DNA of 64,000 nucleotides from Armatimonadetes bacterium DC (GCA_001442985.1 LDYB01000015.1:1266-65265), one strand, 5' to 3'. Positions 46,599-56,705 are shown, numbered from the stretch's first letter. A program made the numbers and translations. Notes: generated by a model not told the origin, from the letters alone.

Positions 46599-47771
46599 GT
46601 GGAAGCGTTGAAGCGGGATGGGGCGGAACAGGAGCGATTCTCGCGTGTTAGTGGTGTTGTCTGGCTGATTGTTCTGGGAGCAATCGGCTGGGGTGTGTTG
46701 CGCCACCTGCAGGGTGCGTTTGAAATCGGCTGGGGCGGAATCTTGCTGCTCTCCGCGCTGGGGATTGTCTCGGCGGGCGCCCGCACATGGGTGGGGCTAC
46801 GCGACCCGCGCACGATGTTCTCCTTCACCATGCCGCTGGTGATGTACGATATTGGGGTCATCACTCTGGCGGTACGCCTCACGGGAGGGATCGAGAGCGA
46901 GGCGTGGTTGCTCTATTTTGCCCTGCTGGTCTCAGAAGCAGCGGTCATGTCCACGGTGGTGCTGTTGATGATGCTGGCACTGACAGGGGTGGGCTACGGC
47001 TTTGCGGTGGCGCCCATCTCGGATTCATCCGTATGGGTTGATTTTGGATATCGCCTGCTGGCGCTCAGCCTGACCACATGGCTGGTCCATCTGGTGCTGC
47101 GGGCACACAAAGAGTATCAACTGGAGCTGGCACAGCTCCGTCAGGAGCGCCAGCTGGCGCAGGAGCGCGAGCGCATCGCACAGGAGTTTCACGACGGACT
47201 GGGCGCGACCCTCTCACGCGTGGTGATGGCGCTGGAAGCTTTCTGCCTGCAAAGTCAGCGTATTCATGCGCTGAGCGATGAGCAACTTCAGTACCTTCAA
47301 GAGCAGATTAGCCAGTTGCGCGAAGCGAACTACGAGACGCGCCTGATCATCCGTCAGCTGGAGCCAAAGCATGGATTGAACGCTTTCGAGCAGGTACGAT
47401 TGATTGCCCAGCGCACTGCCCGGCAACTGGGGGCGACGCTTCATTTCGAGGCACCCGAGGCGATGCCTGCTCTCACCCCTCTGCAGGCGCTTATGCTAAC
47501 GCGCGTCATGCAGGAAGCACTCACAAACACGCTCAAACATGCCCCCAACACACGCACCCTCTGGGTATGCTTTAAACGCGAGGGAAACACTCTGTGGGGA
47601 TGTGTTCAGGATGACGGCGACGGTTTTGAACCCGACATCGCGGTGGGCGGGTTCGGTCTGCAGCATATGCGCGAGCGCATCGAGTCGCTGGGCGGAGTCC
47701 TGCAAATCTCCAGTCAGCCGGGTGCAGGCACGCGCGTGGAGTTCCGAATCCCTATAGGAGGTGAAAAATGA
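46599..47771 (+). CDS. Membrane sensor histidine kinase (HisKA_3, NarX/LiaS type)
   Basis: Multiple TM segments; ERERIAQEFHDGLG, QEALTNTLKHA, DDGDGF, GFGLQHMRERI. Confidence 0.92.
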   Translation: MEALKRDGAEQERFSRVSGVVWLIVLGAIGWGVLRHLQGAFEIGWGGILLLSALGIVSAGARTWVGLRDPRTMFSFTMPLVMYDIGVITLAVRLTGGIESEAWLLYFALLVSEAAVMSTVVLLMMLALTGVGYGFAVAPISDSSVWVDFGYRLLALSLTTWLVHLVLRAHKEYQLELAQLRQERQLAQERERIAQEFHDGLGATLSRVVMALEAFCLQSQRIHALSDEQLQYLQEQISQLREANYETRLIIRQLEPKHGLNAFEQVRLIAQRTARQLGATLHFEAPEAMPALTPLQALMLTRVMQEALTNTLKHAPNTRTLWVCFKREGNTLWGCVQDDGDGFEPDIAVGGFGLQHMRERIESLGGVLQISSQPGAGTRVEFRIPIGGEK

Positions 47772-48421
47772 TGGATCGAGTGCGTCTGGTCATCGCGGAG
47801 GACGACCCCACCATGTGTCGTTCTCTGAAGATGATTCTTCAAACCGAGGAGCAGATTGACCTGCTTGGATGCGCTGGCGATGGGGAGCAAGCCCTGCAAC
47901 TGACGATGCAGTTTGAGCCCCATGTGTTGCTCACTGATATTCAAATGCCCCGCCTGAACGGGATTGAAGTCACGCGGCGCATCGCGCGTTCTGCCCCCCA
48001 TGTGCGCGTGGTCATCTGGACAGTGATGGGGGACGATCAGACGCTCTTTGAAGCCATCAAAGCAGGCGCGATTGGCTACCTGCTCAAAGATAGCCCTCCG
48101 CAGGAGATTATTGAGAGCATTCTGGCGGCGGCGCGCGGCGAATCGATTCTCCATCCCGCGATGGCAATCCGCATTCTAAAAGAGTTCAATCGCCTCCGCG
48201 AGACGGAGGTGCAGAAAAGCGACCTCATTCTGGATCTCACGCCGCGCGAACTGGAAATTTTGAAACTCATCGCGCAGGGGAAACGCAATCAGGAAATCGC
48301 AGACGAGCTCTGCCTTGCCCGCGCTACCGTGCGCAACTATATCTCGAACATCTTGTTCAAGCTCCATGCAAACTCGCGCACCGAAGCGGCAATGATTGCC
48401 GTCAAAAAAGGGCTTATTTAA
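47768..48421 (+). CDS. NarL/LuxR-family response regulator
   Basis: IAEDD, TDIQMP..NG, GYLLKD, LTPRELEILKLIAQG..NQEIA. Confidence 0.94.
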   Translation: MMDRVRLVIAEDDPTMCRSLKMILQTEEQIDLLGCAGDGEQALQLTMQFEPHVLLTDIQMPRLNGIEVTRRIARSAPHVRVVIWTVMGDDQTLFEAIKAGAIGYLLKDSPPQEIIESILAAARGESILHPAMAIRILKEFNRLRETEVQKSDLILDLTPRELEILKLIAQGKRNQEIADELCLARATVRNYISNILFKLHANSRTEAAMIAVKKGLI

Positions 48422-48424
48422 CCG

Positions 48425-49348
48425 ATGCGCGCTGTCTATCGTTCGCTGAGACCGCTGGTGTTGTGGCGCGTCCACCCGCGCCCGATTAACTGGGAACACC
48501 TTTTTGGCAATAACGCCCCCGTCACGATGGAGATCGGCATCGGCAACGGGGACTATCTGGTGGCACAGGCGCTTCAACATCCCGAGCGCAACTTTGTGGG
48601 CGTGGAGATGGAATGGGAAGGCGTGCAGCGGGCGTTGCGTCGCTGTGCGGCGGCGAATGTGCCGAATGTGCGCCTCATGTTCGGGGATGTGCGCCCTATT
48701 CTTAAACGCGCCGTCGCCCCCAGGAGCCTTCAACGGATCTACACCCTCTTCCCGTGTCCATGGCCCAAAGAGCGCCATCAGAAACACCGCCTGTTCAGCC
48801 AGTCGTTTTTGCAGCTGGTCAACAGTCGCCTCGTTGACGGGGGGGAAGCCTATCTTCTCACCGACCACGAAGAGTACTTCGGCTGGGTGCTGAGCCAGCT
48901 GACCGACACCGGATTTGAGGCTTACGCTCGCACGGTTCCCCCGGGCGTCAACACAAAATATGAGCGCAAGTGGGTCAGCGCAGGACAGACCCGATTCTAC
49001 GAACTCCACCTGCGCAAAAAGGAACACTGCCCCATACCCCTTCTGGAGGATGTGCCGATGGAAACCTATCGTGTCGCCCGCTTTGACCCAGAGCATTTTC
49101 ACCCTGAAGATGCCCACGACGAGCCTTATGTCTTTTTCAAGGAGGTACGCTATGACCCCGAACGCGCGATTGGGATGGTGCGTGTGGTGGTGGTGGAAGA
49201 CGACCTCACGCAACACTTCTGGATAGAGATTGTGTCCACCCCTCAGGGTTGGCACATCCGCCCGATGGTGGGGTGCGGGATTGTGCCCACCGTGGGGGTT
49301 CAGCGTGCGCTGGATCGGGTCCGAATGGCGTGCGAATCACTCTCCTAA
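48425..49348 (+). CDS. trmB: tRNA (guanine-N7)-methyltransferase-like protein with C-terminal extension
   Basis: MEIGIGNG, NFVGVE, NVRLMFGD, FPCPWPKERHQKHRL, TDHEEY, TKYERKW. Confidence 0.85.
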   Translation: MRAVYRSLRPLVLWRVHPRPINWEHLFGNNAPVTMEIGIGNGDYLVAQALQHPERNFVGVEMEWEGVQRALRRCAAANVPNVRLMFGDVRPILKRAVAPRSLQRIYTLFPCPWPKERHQKHRLFSQSFLQLVNSRLVDGGEAYLLTDHEEYFGWVLSQLTDTGFEAYARTVPPGVNTKYERKWVSAGQTRFYELHLRKKEHCPIPLLEDVPMETYRVARFDPEHFHPEDAHDEPYVFFKEVRYDPERAIGMVRVVVVEDDLTQHFWIEIVSTPQGWHIRPMVGCGIVPTVGVQRALDRVRMACESLS

Positions 49349-50398
49349 GCGACACCATTCCTGAAGAATCCATGCCTCGCCTTTTTCGCGTCGCAGGGTC
49401 TGCAGTTGCACGGCTTCGGGGTCGCTGGGGTCGTGGTAGCGCAGGGCAGCCTGAATGGCACGCCAGAACGGCTCGGCGTCTTCGCCGTGCGTTTTCAGGA
49501 GGCGATAGGCGCCCACGAGGCGGTCCTCAGGGCGCAATTTGCGCAACGGTTCTCGCGCCACCCGTGCAATCGGGTCATCCAGGCGGGGGTCTTCAATCCG
49601 CGCGCGTACATCGGCAATCATTTCGCGGTGTTCCTGAGGGTCAAAGGTGAACGCTTTGAGGAAAGCGCGTTCCAGTGCCTCCGCGCCGCGTAAGTAGAGC
49701 TGCTTGATTTCGGGGTCGCTGAGTGCCTGCTGGATGGTGGCGTAGCCCTTCTCTGCGCCCAGATACGCAATCAGCGCATGCAAGCCGTTATGCACATAGA
49801 GCTTGCGCTGGAAGTAGACTTCAAACGGGCGCACAGGCTGAAGTCCTTCAATAGGCGGCAGGTCGCCTACCAGCGCGTCGGCGTCTACGGGAAGCTTGCT
49901 GTAGGAATCGGCACGCACGCCGGGCGGGTCGCCTGGGATTTCTGCCACCACCTGACGCCCGATGATGCACCGCACCAGCCCGAACTCAGCTTCTAAGGGA
50001 GGCAACGCCTCGCGCAGAATCCGGTCGGCATGCAGGTCGTTCTCGCCCAGAAGGATGTTGAGAGGGGGCTTGCGCGCCTCCGCACGCGCCCGGAGTCCAA
50101 AGGCTATCAGCGGGGCAATTGTGGGCAGCCGATTCACCCCCACCGCAGTGGAGACAACGACTGCCTCACAGAAAGCCTGAGCGAGTGCCTCGCATGGTTC
50201 GGGCAGCAGGGCGGAAACAGGGGCGCAGTGGGTGCGCGTGCCATCCAGCCATTCCACCCAGCAGAAGCGGTGCCGATTCAGACTCTGCACCAGCTCGGGG
50301 CGCGCCTCCACAAACACCACTTCCAGCCCGGAGCGGGTGTAGCGCTCGGCAAAAAAGCCACGCCCGATTTTGCCCGCTCCGAACTGAAGCGCCCGCAT
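49337..50398 (-). CDS. mtlD: Mannitol-1-phosphate 5-dehydrogenase family protein
   Basis: ALQFGAGKIGRGF, STAVG, NILLGEN, RKLYVHNG.HA..AYLG, RVAREPLRKL..DRL. Confidence 0.85.
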   Translation of the reverse strand: MRALQFGAGKIGRGFFAERYTRSGLEVVFVEARPELVQSLNRHRFCWVEWLDGTRTHCAPVSALLPEPCEALAQAFCEAVVVSTAVGVNRLPTIAPLIAFGLRARAEARKPPLNILLGENDLHADRILREALPPLEAEFGLVRCIIGRQVVAEIPGDPPGVRADSYSKLPVDADALVGDLPPIEGLQPVRPFEVYFQRKLYVHNGLHALIAYLGAEKGYATIQQALSDPEIKQLYLRGAEALERAFLKAFTFDPQEHREMIADVRARIEDPRLDDPIARVAREPLRKLRPEDRLVGAYRLLKTHGEDAEPFWRAIQAALRYHDPSDPEAVQLQTLRREKGEAWILQEWCRLGE

Positions 50399-50400
50399 GC

Positions 50401-51735
50401 TCAGTCGCCCGTGATGCCGAAGTTAAACAGCACCGTGAGCAGGTCGGCGTCGTCCACCACGCCGTCGCCGTTCAGGTCGGCTTCGTGGGCGCCTGTTTGC
50501 CCGAAGGCGAACAGAACAGCAAGCAGGTCGGCGTCGTCAATCACATTGTCGGCGTTGATGTCGCCATTAACAAGGTTGAACACCAGTCCCGACACATCGG
50601 TATTCAGGGACACATTGCGCACTTTACGCACGAGGCTGGTGGGCGCCCGCACCGCAATATCCACTGTGCCGGAACGAATATTGGTGTAAGTCGTGAACGC
50701 GCCTGTGCTGTTGGTGAAGAAAGTGCGTGTGTAGAGCAGGGTCGTACTGCCAGCTTCGAGGATTTGCATCTCGAAAGGCACGGTTTGCAGGTTCTGGCGA
50801 TCGAAGTTGATTTGCCCGGAGATGTTGCGCCGCACGGGGGTATAGTCGGTAATCAGCACATCGTACCAGCCTCCTGCGCGCCCGCCAGAATAACTGAACC
50901 CTTCCACCCGAATGTAATAAACTCCTGCAGGCAGGTTCGTTAGCGCTACTCTTGAGGTGAAGGGGTTAAAGGGGTCATGAGGGTCATCATCGTTGTTCTC
51001 GAGAGGGTTGAAAGCGGCGTTATACACCGTAACGATGGTGTCTGTTGCGCCATAGGTGCGCACGGTGAGGTTTCCTGCGCCGATCTCGATACGGTAGTAA
51101 TCCAGATCGGTCTGGCGATAGGTCAGAAAAGCATTGGGTATCAAAGTGAAATCGTCAGCAAGGGCGCCCACCTCTGTCGCTGTCGCGAAGGTGTCGTTGG
51201 AGCCATCGACCTCATAGGGGTCGTAGTCGGGGGCGGTACTGCCATCAAACACGCGCAGTGTATAACGCAGGCGCGCCAGATCCCCTGACCCTACGATGCT
51301 CCGCACCTGAATCAGGTAAGTACCTGCACTTAGCGTGCGCGTAATCCCCGAATCTGCGTTGGTGAAGGAGGTGTCGCGATTACCCAGGTTATTGTTGTTA
51401 GGCACATCGTCGTCGTTTTCCTGAATCAGCGTGCCAGAAGCGGTGTAGATACCCACAACGGAGTCGAAGGTGGTGTCGACACGCACGGTGTAGGTCCCCG
51501 ATTGAGGCACCGTAAACTGGTACCAGTCCACATCGTTGTCGGGGTTAATCAGGGCGCGCACCACGACTATGCGGCGGGTTCCCGATTGAATCCCCACTGC
51601 TCCGATATCGTTGGCGAGACTGATGATATCGTTACTTTCCTGCTCGTTGAGAATCGCAATCTGCGGCGGCTGCGCGATAACCGCACCCCAAAACAGTCCC
51701 AAACAGCCCAAGAGAACCGCTCGTCTCCACATCAT
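50401..51735 (-). CDS. Secreted protein with two PPC-like domains and dockerin-like tail
   Basis: Signal peptide; DVDWYQF..GTY, DLDYYRI..GVYYIRV; tail GDINADNVIDDADLLAVLFAFG..DLNGDGVVDDADLLTVLFNFG. Confidence 0.88.
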   Translation of the reverse strand: MMWRRAVLLGCLGLFWGAVIAQPPQIAILNEQESNDIISLANDIGAVGIQSGTRRIVVVRALINPDNDVDWYQFTVPQSGTYTVRVDTTFDSVVGIYTASGTLIQENDDDVPNNNNLGNRDTSFTNADSGITRTLSAGTYLIQVRSIVGSGDLARLRYTLRVFDGSTAPDYDPYEVDGSNDTFATATEVGALADDFTLIPNAFLTYRQTDLDYYRIEIGAGNLTVRTYGATDTIVTVYNAAFNPLENNDDDPHDPFNPFTSRVALTNLPAGVYYIRVEGFSYSGGRAGGWYDVLITDYTPVRRNISGQINFDRQNLQTVPFEMQILEAGSTTLLYTRTFFTNSTGAFTTYTNIRSGTVDIAVRAPTSLVRKVRNVSLNTDVSGLVFNLVNGDINADNVIDDADLLAVLFAFGQTGAHEADLNGDGVVDDADLLTVLFNFGITGD

Positions 51736-51776
51736 TCTGGCTCCTTTCCGTATCCATATTATAGCACACTCCCTAC

Positions 51777-52466
51777 CTAAAGTAGACCGCGTTCTCGAAA
51801 ACTGGTAAAAACGCCGTCGCCGATGATGATATGGTCTAACAACTCAATCCCCAGCAGCTGCCCTGCCTCCTGAAGGCGTCTTGTCACGGCGATGTCTTCC
51901 GGGCTGGGGGTGGCATCGCCGCTGGGATGGTTATGCACGGCAATCCAGCACGCGGCGCCCTCACGAATAAGGACGCGATAGACTTCGCGCGGATGCACCA
52001 GACTGCTGTCCAGCGTGCCGATGGAGATGGTCTCGAGGCGCATCACGCGGTTTTTGATGTCCAGCAGGAGCGCCATAAAATGCTCGCGACGCTCGGCAAT
52101 CAGGCTCAGGCGTAGCAGGTTATACACATCTTCGGGGGAACGAATTTGCGGGCGCTCCTGATAGGCGCTCAGTGCGACGCGCCGTCCCAGCTCCATCGCG
52201 GCGGCAATCTGGGTGGCTTTGGCTAACCCCATGCCCTTGATCTGGGCTAACTCGTGGACACTTGCATGCATCACGCCGCGCAGGCCGTTGAACTCATTGA
52301 GCAGGCGCTGGGCGAGCTGCAAAGCCGACTGTTGCGCGGTGCCCGTGCGCAACAGGATTGCCAGCAGCTCGTGTTCGCGCAGGGCGTGTGCGCCCCAGTG
52401 CGCCAGCTTCTCGCGCGGGCGCTCGTCGGGGGGTAACTCCCGAATCGTCTTGTAGAACTCGCTCAT
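51777..52466 (-). CDS. radC: RadC/UPF0758 JAB-domain protein
   Basis: ERPREKL, ELLAILLRTG, VHPREV, HNHPSGD..PSPED, LLDHIIIG; ATG 52466. Confidence 0.95.
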   Translation of the reverse strand: MSEFYKTIRELPPDERPREKLAHWGAHALREHELLAILLRTGTAQQSALQLAQRLLNEFNGLRGVMHASVHELAQIKGMGLAKATQIAAAMELGRRVALSAYQERPQIRSPEDVYNLLRLSLIAERREHFMALLLDIKNRVMRLETISIGTLDSSLVHPREVYRVLIREGAACWIAVHNHPSGDATPSPEDIAVTRRLQEAGQLLGIELLDHIIIGDGVFTSFRERGLL

Positions 52467-52975
52467 CAGAACCACCTTTTGAAACGGGTATGGAGCATAT
52501 CCAGCAGCGAGTGCGCCGCACCCCCTGCAACCAGCCCCACAGTGAGCGCCATCACCTCTTTGTGATAAGTGAGCGCCCAGTCTGAGGCGCGTAGAAGCCA
52601 GCTCCGCGAGTCTACCTCCAGCGCAATCCCAATCTGGCGCAGGGCAAGTTGCACCCCCCAGAACAGAAGCCACAGCATCCCCAGCAGATAGGCGACGCGC
52701 AGGAGGGGTCCCACGCCCAGCCCATGCGAAATCCAGCTGCGATGGGGCACCAGCTTCTGGTAGGGCCACCAGAGCCATCGTAAAGGACCCCAGCGCCGAT
52801 ACGCTGAAGAGTCCACATCCAGATCGCTGGAGAGCCAGATTCCTGAAAAGGTGTAGCTGGCAATCATCAGCCACGCCAGCGGGCGCGTTTCCGGGGGCAG
52901 ATACCACCCGCAGAGCGGAATTGCGCCCAGCGCGGTGGCAACCGTAAAGCCGTCATGCACTTTCCCCGAAGGCAT
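52466..52975 (-). CDS. Putative metal-binding membrane protein (DUF2227-like)
   Basis: MPSGKVHD, LSSDLD, WGPLRWLWWPYQK..HRS..SHG..G...R..YL, H...D. Confidence 0.8.
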   Translation of the reverse strand: MPSGKVHDGFTVATALGAIPLCGWYLPPETRPLAWLMIASYTFSGIWLSSDLDVDSSAYRRWGPLRWLWWPYQKLVPHRSWISHGLGVGPLLRVAYLLGMLWLLFWGVQLALRQIGIALEVDSRSWLLRASDWALTYHKEVMALTVGLVAGGAAHSLLDMLHTRFKRWF

Positions 52976-52976
52976 C

Positions 52977-54017
52977 TTATTTCTGCACTGCGTCCTGCAG
53001 CTTGCGGATAGCGCGCGATTCCAGCTGGCGCACGCGCTCTTTACTCAAGCCCAGCCGCCTGCCTACCTCTTCCAGGCTCAGGCTGCCCTCGTCGGTCAGC
53101 CCGAAACGGAGCGCCAGCACCATGCGCTCTTTCTCGTTCAGAACGCGCTCCATCAGGGTTTGCAGATCCAGCTGCTCCTCCCATTCGGCAAGTTCCTGGG
53201 CGGCAATCAGGTCCGCCAGTACCGTTTCTTCGCCGTCGTGGATGGGCATCTCCAGCGAGATAGGGTTCGCCACTGAATGCATCAGGTCGCGCACCTGATC
53301 GGGGGAGAGTCCGGTGCGCTCCGCGACTTCATGGACAGTAGGTTCCCGCCCCAATTCTTGTTGCAGGAGGGCGCTTGCCTGTCGCACCTGATGCAGGGCG
53401 CGGGTCAGGTAAAGGGGCACGCGGATAAGCGCCGCCTGTTCTTGCAACGCGCGGGCAATCGCGCGGCGGATCCACCAGCTGGCATAGGTGCTGAAGCGTC
53501 TGCCCCGTTCAGGGTCAAACAGCTGCGCTGCTCGCAATAGCCCCAGATTCCCTTCCTGAATCAGGTCTGAGAAAGGCAAGCCGCGCCCCACATAGTGCTT
53601 GGCGATGGAAAGCACCAGTCGCAGGTTGGACTGGATCAGCCGCTCGCGCGCCTGCTCATCGCCTTGCCGCGCCCGCCGTGCCAGCTCCATCTCCTCTTCA
53701 GGGGTCAATAACGGGTAGCGTGCGGCGGTGGTCGCCCACCAGTGAACCGTGTCTTCCAGCATCTCCTTGTCTAACTCTTCAATCTCGCGGTCCGCCTGCT
53801 GGGTGATGCGACGAAACTCCGTCTCCGCGGCTTCCGCCTCCGAGACCACTTTCACCCCTGCCGATTCCAGCATCGCAAACATGGTCTCCAGCTGATCAGG
53901 CTCCAACCACTCGTCGGGCAAGTGAGTCAACAGTTCATCTACCGTGATGTAGCCCTGGTCTCTGGCTCGGATAATCAGCTCTTGAAGGCTCTCGTCAAAA
54001 AAGCGGTCGTCCATCAT
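52977..54017 (-). CDS. RpoD/SigA-family sigma factor, divergent, directly downstream of dnaG
   Basis: Region 1.1 (RARDQGYITVDEL), LLTPEEE, SNLRLVLSIAKHY, DLIQEGN, FSTYASWWIRRAI, region 4 LEEVG..LGLSKERVRQLE. Confidence 0.88.
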   Translation of the reverse strand: MMDDRFFDESLQELIIRARDQGYITVDELLTHLPDEWLEPDQLETMFAMLESAGVKVVSEAEAAETEFRRITQQADREIEELDKEMLEDTVHWWATTAARYPLLTPEEEMELARRARQGDEQARERLIQSNLRLVLSIAKHYVGRGLPFSDLIQEGNLGLLRAAQLFDPERGRRFSTYASWWIRRAIARALQEQAALIRVPLYLTRALHQVRQASALLQQELGREPTVHEVAERTGLSPDQVRDLMHSVANPISLEMPIHDGEETVLADLIAAQELAEWEEQLDLQTLMERVLNEKERMVLALRFGLTDEGSLSLEEVGRRLGLSKERVRQLESRAIRKLQDAVQK

Positions 54018-54038
54018 TGCAATCCATGCCTCCCTGAG

Positions 54039-55856
54039 TTACGAATTAGATTCGTGGCTCAGCTCGGAATTCCTGCTCTGGAGGGGCTGTTTCAGTTCTT
54101 TGAGGAGGCGCCAGTACTCTTCGTTATACTCGCCTGCCCGCTTGAGTTCTTCAAGGCGTAGTTTTTTGGCATACTGTTCCATGCGCTGAAGGCATCCTTC
54201 CACCCCTTCGCCAGAGAGCGCGGGGGTTTCCTGGATGAGCAGAGCCGTGAGCCGCTGCTTCATGTCTTCAGATTCTGCCGATTCAATCAGGGCGCGCGCC
54301 TCCAGAGGGGTTTCGCCCTCTATTCGGGTCTGGAGCCATGCTGCCAGCCGGGCGTGCTCCGGGTCTGCCCAGCGCAGGCGCGGCAGATGCGCGGCGATTG
54401 TCTTCTGGTAACGCGGGTGAAGCAGGGCACGCAGGACAGTACGCTCTGCTTCCTGTAAGCCCCTGGGGACACGGATTTCAGGGCGTGGGCGCGTCTCGGG
54501 AGGCGCATTCCCGGAGGGCGTCGAGCGGGTAGCGCGTTGCATGCGGCGCTGGATCTGGCGTACCTGATTCTGGAGAGTCTCCAGCACTAAGGGCGTGCCC
54601 AAAGTGGTCGTGGGGTTGAACGGCACAAGGCGCTCCAGACACGCCAGTCGCTCCACCTCGCTGGGGACACGCGCAACCCACTGGAGCGCCTCCTCCAGAA
54701 GCTGGGTGCGGGCGGCGACATCCAGCGCGGCAGGCGAGGCGGCGTTCGCTTCCCTGAGGCGGTTCTGCACAATCTGCTCCAGCCCAAATAGCGCCAGCGT
54801 GCTGGCACGCTGCAAACACTGATTGAGCGCTTCTGCTCCGTGCTGGCGAAGCAGGCTATCGGGGTCTTCGCCTTCGGGCAGGGAGACCACAAAGGTGGGA
54901 ATCCCTGCCTCCATCAGCACTTCACCCGCGCGCAGGGTGGCTCGAATACCTGCGGAGTCCGAATCGTACATCAGGTAGACCCGATCCACCAGGCGCTTGA
55001 GCCGCTGCGCATGCGATTCGGTAAACGCCGTGCCCAGCGTCGCAATCGCGTGGGTGAAGCCGAACTGGTGGAGCATAATGAGGTCTAAATAGCCTTCCAC
55101 GATTAGCGCGGCGCGTTGCTTCAGGATGTCTCCCCGCGCCAGATGCCAGCCATAGAAAAGGTTGCGCTTTTCAAACAGGGGCGTTTCGGGGCTATTGAGG
55201 TATTTGGGTTCGTCGTTGCCCATCGTGCGCGCCCCAAACGCCACAACCCGCCCCCCTGCGTCGTGAATGGGGAAGGTGATGCGGTTGCGGAAGCGGTCAT
55301 AGTAGCCGTGGCGTCCTTCTTCCACCAATCCAGCGGTGCGCGCCTCCTCCAGCGACATCTGGTGTTTCTGCAGGAAGCGCACCAGATAGTCCCATCCATC
55401 GGGCGCGAAACCGAGTTCGAAGCGTTCTATGGTTTCGGGGGTCAGCCCGCGCGTTTGCAGATACTGGAGCGCTTCGGGGGTGCGTCGAAGGCACTGACGG
55501 TAGTAGAAATGAGCGGCGTAAACAATTCGGTAAAGGCGCTCACGCGAATCGTCGGATTCGGGGCGCGAAGTGTCTCGCTCTATCTCGATACCGACGCGTT
55601 CAGCGAGACGACGCAGCGCATCGCGATAGCTGAGCCCCTCGATGCGCATCAGAAAACTAATCGCGTCGCCCGAGGCGCCACAGCCAAAGCAGTGGAAGCG
55701 GTTCAGCGCAGGACTGACAAAAAACGAAGGGGTTTTTTCCGTGTGGAACGGGCAGAGCGCCTTGAAGTTTCTGCCTGCCCGTTCCAGAGTTACATACTCC
55801 GAGACCAGTTCTACAAGGTCAATCTGGTTGAGGATTTCCTCGCGCAGGTTGCGCAT
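54039..55856 (-). CDS. dnaG: DNA primase
   Basis: CPFHTEKTPSF, HCFGC zinc finger, DRFRNRITFPI, KYLNSPET, VEGYLD, YDSDSAG, GEDPD. Confidence 0.97.
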   Translation of the reverse strand: MRNLREEILNQIDLVELVSEYVTLERAGRNFKALCPFHTEKTPSFFVSPALNRFHCFGCGASGDAISFLMRIEGLSYRDALRRLAERVGIEIERDTSRPESDDSRERLYRIVYAAHFYYRQCLRRTPEALQYLQTRGLTPETIERFELGFAPDGWDYLVRFLQKHQMSLEEARTAGLVEEGRHGYYDRFRNRITFPIHDAGGRVVAFGARTMGNDEPKYLNSPETPLFEKRNLFYGWHLARGDILKQRAALIVEGYLDLIMLHQFGFTHAIATLGTAFTESHAQRLKRLVDRVYLMYDSDSAGIRATLRAGEVLMEAGIPTFVVSLPEGEDPDSLLRQHGAEALNQCLQRASTLALFGLEQIVQNRLREANAASPAALDVAARTQLLEEALQWVARVPSEVERLACLERLVPFNPTTTLGTPLVLETLQNQVRQIQRRMQRATRSTPSGNAPPETRPRPEIRVPRGLQEAERTVLRALLHPRYQKTIAAHLPRLRWADPEHARLAAWLQTRIEGETPLEARALIESAESEDMKQRLTALLIQETPALSGEGVEGCLQRMEQYAKKLRLEELKRAGEYNEEYWRLLKELKQPLQSRNSELSHESNS

Positions 55857-55874
55857 GGGCGGCGACCGCCTCCA

Positions 55875-56705
55875 TCAGATGGCGGGACCAGCCGCACCGC
55901 CACCCCATTTACCGCCGCCACCGCCACCCGGTGCGCCGGGCATGCCAGGCGCCGAGGGAGGCGGAGGCGCGCCGCCGGGCTGACCCCCAAACATGCCAGG
56001 ACCCTGTTGACCGCCTTGCTGCCCGCCAAGTCCCACAAAGCCCGGACCTGTATTGGGGATCCCCGCTGCCACAAAGATGCCTGTTACCTTGTTGGTCTTT
56101 GTGTCAAACTGGAAAGCAATCCCCATGCGGTTGTAGCGGATGACCGCTACATTGCCCGACATCGCGTGTTCGTCGGGATAGCCGTATGCCAGCACCACCG
56201 ATTGATAGGTAGACCCCAGCCCGATACCGCGGGCGGTGCGCACATTTTTGTCGGGTTTGATACCGTAGGCGCTGATTTGCACCACGCGCCCGTCGCGGTT
56301 CACCTGGAAGAGGTAGGTAGAACCGCCCTTCACCCGGTAGACATACACCATTTCGGTTTCGATACGGGTCTGGGTGTTGCCTGTGCCCCCGCCCGTCTGG
56401 GGACCGCCAGGACCGCCGAACCCGGGTGGACCGCCCGATGGACCCGGCAAGCCGCCGTCGCCGAATTCACCCCCGCGCCCGCCCGTCTGACCGGACGGCT
56501 GACCCGCGCCGAACTCCTGAATCTGCATCTGGGTCGACGCAATCATCGTGGGATTGCCAAACTTTTTCAGCACCGCCGAGATGGGGCTGAACACCCGAAT
56601 CCCCAGCAGCGACACCTCAGGACGCGGGCGCGTTTGCGCCGTTAAAGCGAGGCTGAGCGCCACGACGCCCGTCGCCACAATTGCCAAACTCCATGTTTTT
56701 CGCAT
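55875..56705 (-). CDS. Secreted hypothetical protein with Gly/Pro-rich low-complexity segments
   Basis: Signal peptide; RTARGIGLGST motif; GGPPGFGGPGG and GAPPPPSAPGMPGAPGGGGGG tracts. Confidence 0.8.
   Translation of the reverse strand: MRKTWSLAIVATGVVALSLALTAQTRPRPEVSLLGIRVFSPISAVLKKFGNPTMIASTQMQIQEFGAGQPSGQTGGRGGEFGDGGLPGPSGGPPGFGGPGGPQTGGGTGNTQTRIETEMVYVYRVKGGSTYLFQVNRDGRVVQISAYGIKPDKNVRTARGIGLGSTYQSVVLAYGYPDEHAMSGNVAVIRYNRMGIAFQFDTKTNKVTGIFVAAGIPNTGPGFVGLGGQQGGQQGPGMFGGQPGGAPPPPSAPGMPGAPGGGGGGKWGGGAAGPAI

Noticed and set aside
46380-48421. CopZ plus two-component system as a copper-sensing module
   Set aside because: The kinase is HisKA_3/NarL type with no visible metal-binding motif; adjacency alone is insufficient.
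55875-56480. Gly/Pro-rich DNA repeats as a repeat element
   Set aside because: Explained by low-complexity protein linkers within a single CDS.
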